Part shown: in pieces, positions 58,967 through 64,000 of the stretch
Position numbering within the stretch: the stretch's first letter is position 1
Layout: every line of letters starts with the position of its first letter
Assembly: GCA_009773495.1 (NCBI GenBank)
Contig: WSXW01000003.1
Location: 70,551 to 134,550 of the forward strand
Reading direction: 5' to 3'
Source: Bacillota bacterium
Lineage (GTDB): Bacteria; Bacillota; UBA994
DNA length: 64,000 bases
Position numbers and translations under genes: made by a program
The notes under the pieces: generated by a model
What the model was told of the DNA's origin: nothing
The model's database searches: none
What the model saw: the letters and a program-made list of their open reading frames with translations, nothing else

Positions 58967-59176
58967 CTACGCCTCTACGTCGTAACCTGCTTCGACAATG
59001 GCCCCTTTTATCGTGTCAAGTGACACCTTACTAGGGTCGTGACCAAATGTCACTCGACGAGTAGCGAGGTCCACCACAACGTTGCTGACTCCGGGCAAAC
59101 TAGCCAGTGCTCGACTCACGGTCGCTTTGCAGTGACCTCAGGTCATGCCAATTACGGTTAGGGTTACTTCTGTCAT
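58967..59176 (-). CDS. CopZ-like heavy-metal-associated (HMA) domain protein with selenocysteine in the metal-binding motif (UGA at 59138-59140); unannotated in the ORF track
   Basis: ATG at rc 59174-59176 with GGAGG 8 nt upstream. Translation gives [69 protein letters not shown]. This is a canonical HMA fold (GMTCxxC becomes GMTUxxC). A CGAC-cguga-GUCG hairpin lies about 13 nt after the UGA. csoR is upstream. Confidence 0.6.
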
Positions 59177-59314
59177 TTTGGTGGCCTCCTTAATTAATCA
59201 CAAATCACTAGGAGAAGCGCTTTCCGCCTTCTAGTACCCGACAGCATTACGGAGCAATGCGACAGGGCGCTTGCCGCTTAAGCATGGCTCGTCAGGTGCG
59301 CCGCCTACCCGCAC

Positions 59315-59578
59315 TTACTTAACATACCTCTGCAACACATGCATCAATTCGTCAATGGAGCTGTCGGCGTGCCCTGACTTGATAGCAGCTGACAAACACC
59401 CGCGGGCGTGTCCATCAAGAATTTGCATACCTACTTTATCTAAAGCTGCGCGAATGGCAGTTATTTGCGTCAAGATCTCTAGGCAATACCGGTCTTCTTC
59501 AACCATTTTCTGCACACCACGCACTTGCCCCTCGATGCGACTTAATCGTTTAATTACGACATCACTATTAGCCTTCAT
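59315..59578 (-). CDS. csoR: CsoR/RcnR-family metal-sensing repressor
   Basis: RLSRIEGQVRGVQKMVEEDRYCLEILTQI...H..C, the DUF156/CsoR signature. Start is taken at an internal Met to avoid overlap with fur. Confidence 0.7.
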   Translation of the reverse strand: MKANSDVVIKRLSRIEGQVRGVQKMVEEDRYCLEILTQITAIRAALDKVGMQILDGHARGCLSAAIKSGHADSSIDELMHVLQRYVK

Positions 59579-60062
59579 TGTTCCCATCCCTACACTTTGC
59601 GCAATATCCATAGAAGCGCAAACTATGGTCAACTATCTTAAAGTTACTCTGCGTAGCGATTCTCTCTTCCAAGTCATCTAAGAAATCTTCATTGAACTCG
59701 ATTATTTCCCCACAGTCTAAACACAGTAAATGATGATGGTAGTGTTTCTCCCTATCCCCAGAGTATTCATATTTTCTACCACCCTCGCCAAAATCGAGGC
59801 GAGAGATTACACCAAGCCCTTCAAACAATTCGAGGGTGCGGTAGACAGTAGCTAGGCCAATTTCTGGGTTACGCTCACGAGTTATGCCATAGATGTCTTC
59901 AGCCGTCATGTGATCGTGATCGTTGTTGAGTAGGATGACCAATATAGCCTCACGCTGGGGAGTGAGGCGAAAATCCTTCTCCTTCAAAAGGTCGCGAATT
60001 TCTGATACTACTTTTTGCTCAACCAAACTCTTCCCCACCCTCATACTCTTTGATCTTAGCAT
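59568..60062 (-). CDS. fur: Fur-family metalloregulator (Fur/Zur/PerR)
   Basis: HHHLLCLDCGEIIEF and CAKC Zn-site motifs. A TTGACA-18-TAAGAT promoter lies upstream at ~60080-60110 on the minus strand. Confidence 0.75.
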   Translation of the reverse strand: MLRSKSMRVGKSLVEQKVVSEIRDLLKEKDFRLTPQREAILVILLNNDHDHMTAEDIYGITRERNPEIGLATVYRTLELFEGLGVISRLDFGEGGRKYEYSGDREKHYHHHLLCLDCGEIIEFNEDFLDDLEERIATQSNFKIVDHSLRFYGYCAKCRDGNNEG

Positions 60063-60302
60063 GCCATGCTACAGTCTAACTGTCAAGTTTACCCATAGCA
60101 TTTGTCACGCCCTCATTTGCTCTGCCCTACCCACGCTGATACGGAGATAGGTGGGCAGCCCAAACTCATAACCTAGTCGCACCTCAACACCATGTCATAG
60201 TAGCCTAGGATATAACTGCCGGGTATCCGCATGAACAGTAGTGAGAACGGAGGGTTGCAGATAAAGACCATTTTGGTCTTGTCGGTACATCTGGTCGTAA
60301 CA

Positions 60303-61625
60303 CTACATTCGCTCCTTAAGTTCATTGTAGGCGGTACGAATCACCGATGCGCACTGACTGATATTGAGAGGTTTATCAAAACAGTGGTGGGTATCTAGTT
60401 CAGAGCACCGTGCGCGTTGATCTACCGACACCAGTAAATAAACGCTGGTACCCGCGCTCTTCCAGCTAGCTATTCTCATTTCAACGTCGGCATTGAGCAT
60501 GTTTGCATCGACCACAACCGCAATTAGCTCCGTCGCCGGTACTAGCTCTATAGCATTAACTACAACAAGGTCTAAGCCCATGCGTTTAAACAGCACCGGT
60601 GACACTAGCTTTAACACCTTATCTTGCGTCAACATCACCACAGAGGGTACGCCGCTAAAACCATGTCGTTGTGTCGTAGGTTCTGGAGGTAGCCCTCTGC
60701 TTGTACGCAAATCCTTGATATAGATGCTATGGTCTAGCTGCTTAGCTGCCCGCTTAAGCTCAGCGGCAATCTCACCTATCTCCCAATGACAGGTTATGGT
60801 TCTATGCTCATTCGTAACTACTGCTAAAGATACTGTAATTAGTGCATGCCTAACTTCCTGTCCATCACGACTCACCCCGATGACATAGCCCTGCTCCCGG
60901 TGCTCTGGGCGATAGAGCGTACGTATCTGGTCCTCAAAGCGTCGGATAATATCTTGGCAAATGCCATCGACTTTCTGAGGAGTTGAACAGATAACAAAAT
61001 CATCACCACCGATGTGGCCTATAAAGTCATCCGTATTACCGAATTTCTGTACACTAGCCAAAATAGAACTTGCAAGAAGCTTTATGGCCTCGTCACCCTG
61101 CAAAAAACCGTAGCTATCGTTAAAAGATTTAAAGTTATCGATATCCGTGTAAATAACTGCGTAGGGCTCATTCTTCGCCACTAGCTGTTTCAATCCCTCT
61201 ACTATGGTCATGTTACCTGGCAAACCAGTAATGGGATTTAAGGATCGTTCGCTGCGAGAGCGACGCAAATGAGCCTTAATCCTCGCTAAGACTTCGGTCA
61301 TTTCAAAAGGTTTGCAAATGTAATCATCTGCTCCAGCATCAAGCCCCTCCACAACGCTATCTACCGAGCCACGCGCCGTGAGCATAATGATGGGCACATG
61401 TGCAATAAGGGTATTATTCCTAATCTGTCGCGCTACTTCGAACCCATCCATTTCCGGCATCATAACGTCTAACAATATCAAATCGGGGCGTTCACTTATG
61501 GCTGCGCGTAAAGCACTAAAGCCATCCGAAGCTGTGATGACACCGTAGCCCGATGACAGCAAGTTCACCCGCAAGAGATTCACGATTAGCCGATTATCGT
61601 CCACTATTAAGATGCGCTTAGTCAT
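60303..61625 (-). CDS. response regulator with REC, GGDEF (GGDDF variant) and a degenerate C-terminal REC-like domain
   Basis: N-terminal REC (ILIVDDN...LLDVMMP...DDYICKPF). The diguanylate-cyclase domain has HIGGDDF at the GG(D/E)EF position. The C-terminal ~120 aa is receiver-like. Confidence 0.7.
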   Translation of the reverse strand: MTKRILIVDDNRLIVNLLRVNLLSSGYGVITASDGFSALRAAISERPDLILLDVMMPEMDGFEVARQIRNNTLIAHVPIIMLTARGSVDSVVEGLDAGADDYICKPFEMTEVLARIKAHLRRSRSERSLNPITGLPGNMTIVEGLKQLVAKNEPYAVIYTDIDNFKSFNDSYGFLQGDEAIKLLASSILASVQKFGNTDDFIGHIGGDDFVICSTPQKVDGICQDIIRRFEDQIRTLYRPEHREQGYVIGVSRDGQEVRHALITVSLAVVTNEHRTITCHWEIGEIAAELKRAAKQLDHSIYIKDLRTSRGLPPEPTTQRHGFSGVPSVVMLTQDKVLKLVSPVLFKRMGLDLVVVNAIELVPATELIAVVVDANMLNADVEMRIASWKSAGTSVYLLVSVDQRARCSELDTHHCFDKPLNISQCASVIRTAYNELKERM

Positions 61626-61640
61626 TCTTTGTGCTCTCCC

Positions 61641-62933
61641 CTAGCTCGGTAAAGTGAAGTAGAAAGTCGAACCTTTGTTAGGCGTGCTGGTAAGCCATAC
61701 TCTACCGCCGTGCAGTGCAACCATGGTCTGCACAATCGAGAGCCCTAGACCTAAACCCTCGGTCCTGCGGGCTACCGTGTTATCTGCCCTGAAGAATTTC
61801 TCAAAAATCAACACCTGGTGCTCTGGTTCAATACCTATTCCAGTATCTGCCACTGACACTTCCACCCATCCTCCTTGACACTTAACCTTAACCATAACGT
61901 CACCGCCAAGAGGAGAATACTTTATGGCATTGCTCAAGAGGTTATCCATTACTTGAGTTAGTCGAGTAGCATCGGCCGGAATTACTAGGTGTTGACTAGG
62001 TACAGACCAACGTATAGCGTGGTTAGGCGAAATGCTTTGCGCCCGGCGACAGGCTTCCTCCACCAATAGGATTAAATCTAGTGGCTCGCGGTGAATGGAA
62101 AGCGTGCTATACTCTGCCTGCTGAACAGCTAAGAGGTCCTCTACCACTTTAAGGGCCTGCTCTGTGCTAACCTTGATTGACTGTAAAAACTCCGCTTGAT
62201 CTTCAGCTTTCCAGTGCATATCAGGTCGGAGTAAAGTATCCACAAACCCTTTAATACAGGTAAGGGGTGTGCGCAACTCATGTGAGACCATAGCTACAAA
62301 ATCCCCTCTAAGGCGGCTTAACTCTGTCATACGCTCAGTCGTTTCTCGTTCTTTATGTAATAGGGTTACAGCGTAAAGCACCGCAGCAACCTGCTGTGTG
62401 AAGGTCTCAACTACTTTAAGTCGTTTTTCGATTACTGAGTCGTCCTCAAATACAGCTACCATTGAGCCTACCGTACGGTCCAAGACGCGTATTGGTAGAG
62501 CTACAACCAACCCCTTAAGAAGAGGAGCCTGTGATTGTTCGGCTTCGCAAGCCAACAACTCCAACATTTCTGGCTCTCCCAGCGGCGGATTGCCCAAACG
62601 TAATGTAGGGAGTAACTCCCCGCTCTCTGATACAACACTGTTAATCTGACAATAAGAAAGCTTAAGGGTAGTCATCAGTTCACTCACAGCTGTTTCCATT
62701 GTCGGTCGGAGTTCTGTTGAACCTGCTAAGCACTTTGACAGCGTATTAAGAGATACCAACTGATCGTTTAGGTGGAGTAACTCCTTCTCTAATCGTCGGA
62801 TGTCAGTAAGATCACGAGCTAAGCGCTGCTTAGTAAAGCGCCTCTCTTTTTGACACACGTATACTAGGATCAACACGAAAGGCATTGCGACAATAGGCAA
62901 CATAATTGGGAGTTTAACGGCTATCCACCCCAT
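61641..62933 (-). CDS. sensor histidine kinase (TM, GAF-like, HisKA, HATPase_c)
   Basis: H-box HELRTPLT and the N/G1/G2 boxes (DNLLSNAIKYS, DTGIGI). It lies directly upstream of the REC-GGDEF gene. Confidence 0.8.
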   Translation of the reverse strand: MGWIAVKLPIMLPIVAMPFVLILVYVCQKERRFTKQRLARDLTDIRRLEKELLHLNDQLVSLNTLSKCLAGSTELRPTMETAVSELMTTLKLSYCQINSVVSESGELLPTLRLGNPPLGEPEMLELLACEAEQSQAPLLKGLVVALPIRVLDRTVGSMVAVFEDDSVIEKRLKVVETFTQQVAAVLYAVTLLHKERETTERMTELSRLRGDFVAMVSHELRTPLTCIKGFVDTLLRPDMHWKAEDQAEFLQSIKVSTEQALKVVEDLLAVQQAEYSTLSIHREPLDLILLVEEACRRAQSISPNHAIRWSVPSQHLVIPADATRLTQVMDNLLSNAIKYSPLGGDVMVKVKCQGGWVEVSVADTGIGIEPEHQVLIFEKFFRADNTVARRTEGLGLGLSIVQTMVALHGGRVWLTSTPNKGSTFYFTLPS

Positions 62934-63007
62934 TAACTTCCATCACCACTCTCTTAAATGCTAAATCACTTCTTTCTCTCTTAAGCCCAGCAATCCCTGC
63001 TCAGGTG

Positions 63008-63047
63008 CACAAAAAAGTGGCACAAAGGATTCACCTCGTGCCACTAT
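63008..63047 (-). terminator. rho-independent terminator after the hflC-like gene
   Basis: AGUGGCAC-gaggugaauccuuu-GUGCCACU followed by U6 on the minus strand. Confidence 0.65.
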
Positions 63048-63059
63048 ACCGATTTACGC

Positions 63060-63932
63060 TTATTTGCCGCGGAAGTAATTGAGAAACGGGTCATCAGCGG
63101 CTAATACTATTACAGTATCGTCGTTGAATGTGGTTTGGTAGGCCTCAAGGGTACGCAAGAAAGCATAAAATTCTGGGTCTTTAGAATATGCTCGCGCGTA
63201 TATTTTTAGCGCTTCCTGCTCGCCATTGCCGAGAATCTCCTGAGCGGTCTTATAGGCTTCCGCCATGATGACTTCGCGCTCACGGTCTGTCTCGGAACTA
63301 ATACCCAAGGCAATCTCTTGGCCTTCAGAACGATATTGCTTAGCCTGACGCTCACGTTCAGTACGCATACGATCGTATACAAACAATTCATTCTCTGTAG
63401 GGAGGCTTACACGTTTAATACGGACAGATAAAACTTCAATTCCGTACTTCTCTTTAGTCTCACGGTTAGCGATCTCAGTTACATTGGACATGATTGTGGC
63501 ACGATTGCCACCAATGATTTCTGAAAAGGAGTGACGCCCTGCATCGTTACGTAGGATAGAATAGATGGCATCGTCAAGCAGGGCCTGGGCCCGCGACATC
63601 GACCCCTGAGCCGCTGTGCGAAACATTGATGGGTCAGAAATACGAAACCGAGCATAGGTGTCGATGACAATGTTCTTCTTGTCGGAAGTGACGAAGGCAG
63701 CGGGTTTACTGTCATACTCTATAGAGCGGCTCGACATCTTCTCCATTTGCTCAATAAAAGGGAATATAAAGTATAGACCAGGTTCATGAATACTCTGCAC
63801 GATTTGACCTAACCTGGTTTTAACGGCAAGTTGGCCCTCGTTGACTATAGAGACACTGGTTAAGAGCGCAACAGTAGTTAATAGCGCGAGGAATGCGAAA
63901 CGCAGCCTTACCTTACCGCCCATCGGTAGCAC
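63060..63932 (-). CDS. hflC: SPFH/band-7 protein (HflC-like protease modulator)
   Basis: N-terminal TM helix and an SPFH domain, 290 aa. A partner (hflK) would lie beyond the window end. Confidence 0.65.
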   Translation of the reverse strand: MLPMGGKVRLRFAFLALLTTVALLTSVSIVNEGQLAVKTRLGQIVQSIHEPGLYFIFPFIEQMEKMSSRSIEYDSKPAAFVTSDKKNIVIDTYARFRISDPSMFRTAAQGSMSRAQALLDDAIYSILRNDAGRHSFSEIIGGNRATIMSNVTEIANRETKEKYGIEVLSVRIKRVSLPTENELFVYDRMRTERERQAKQYRSEGQEIALGISSETDREREVIMAEAYKTAQEILGNGEQEALKIYARAYSKDPEFYAFLRTLEAYQTTFNDDTVIVLAADDPFLNYFRGK

Positions 63933-64000
63933 CTCCTACGTGATTTATAAGGGGGATGTAATTTAGATTGTTGCCGTCCTTGGTAACAACATAAATCTGT

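Overview
This window looks like a 50% GC Clostridia-type (Firmicutes) chromosomal segment. Genes are mostly on the minus strand, with GGAGGTG-type ribosome-binding sites (RBS) and many hairpin plus U-run terminators.

Housekeeping backbone, low to high coordinates:
- alaS 5' end with a T-box leader
- AI-2E transporter, mnmA, rarA, threonine aldolase, trxA
- an MFS transporter, then aspS with a HemN/HemW-like radical-SAM gene
- dtd, rel, apt, recJ
- an RlmM-like methyltransferase, a Nudix hydrolase, secDF
- a UPF0182 membrane protein
- a thiamine-type transporter behind a TPP riboswitch

The most striking content is a dense selenium and Stickland-metabolism neighbourhood:
- A complete glycine reductase operon, comFB-like-grdX-trxB-trxA-grdE-grdA-grdB-grdC-grdD, sits behind a tandem glycine riboswitch.
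- grdA and grdB each carry an in-frame UGA (selenocysteine) that the ORF track splits or truncates.
- selD also starts upstream of its listed ORF and carries an in-frame UGA.
- A selC(tRNA-Sec)-selB-selA-trxB operon lies nearby.
- An unannotated 69-codon CopZ-like heavy-metal-associated (HMA) gene has its metal-binding motif as U-x-x-C (Sec in place of the first Cys). It sits downstream of csoR and is a candidate selenoprotein.

Two operons of unclear function stand out:
- a Ski2-like helicase, a membrane NERD nuclease, a ChlI-like AAA ATPase and a large vWA protein, translationally coupled
- a PP2C phosphatase, a small P-loop NTPase and an HD hydrolase, next to an atypical OmpR-type winged-helix regulator

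Several families of intergenic repeats are present: a 32-bp tandem array, a shared terminator-like hairpin module, and GTAC/TGTGTAC-rich blocks. The window ends with fur, a sensor kinase paired with a REC-GGDEF regulator, and hflC.
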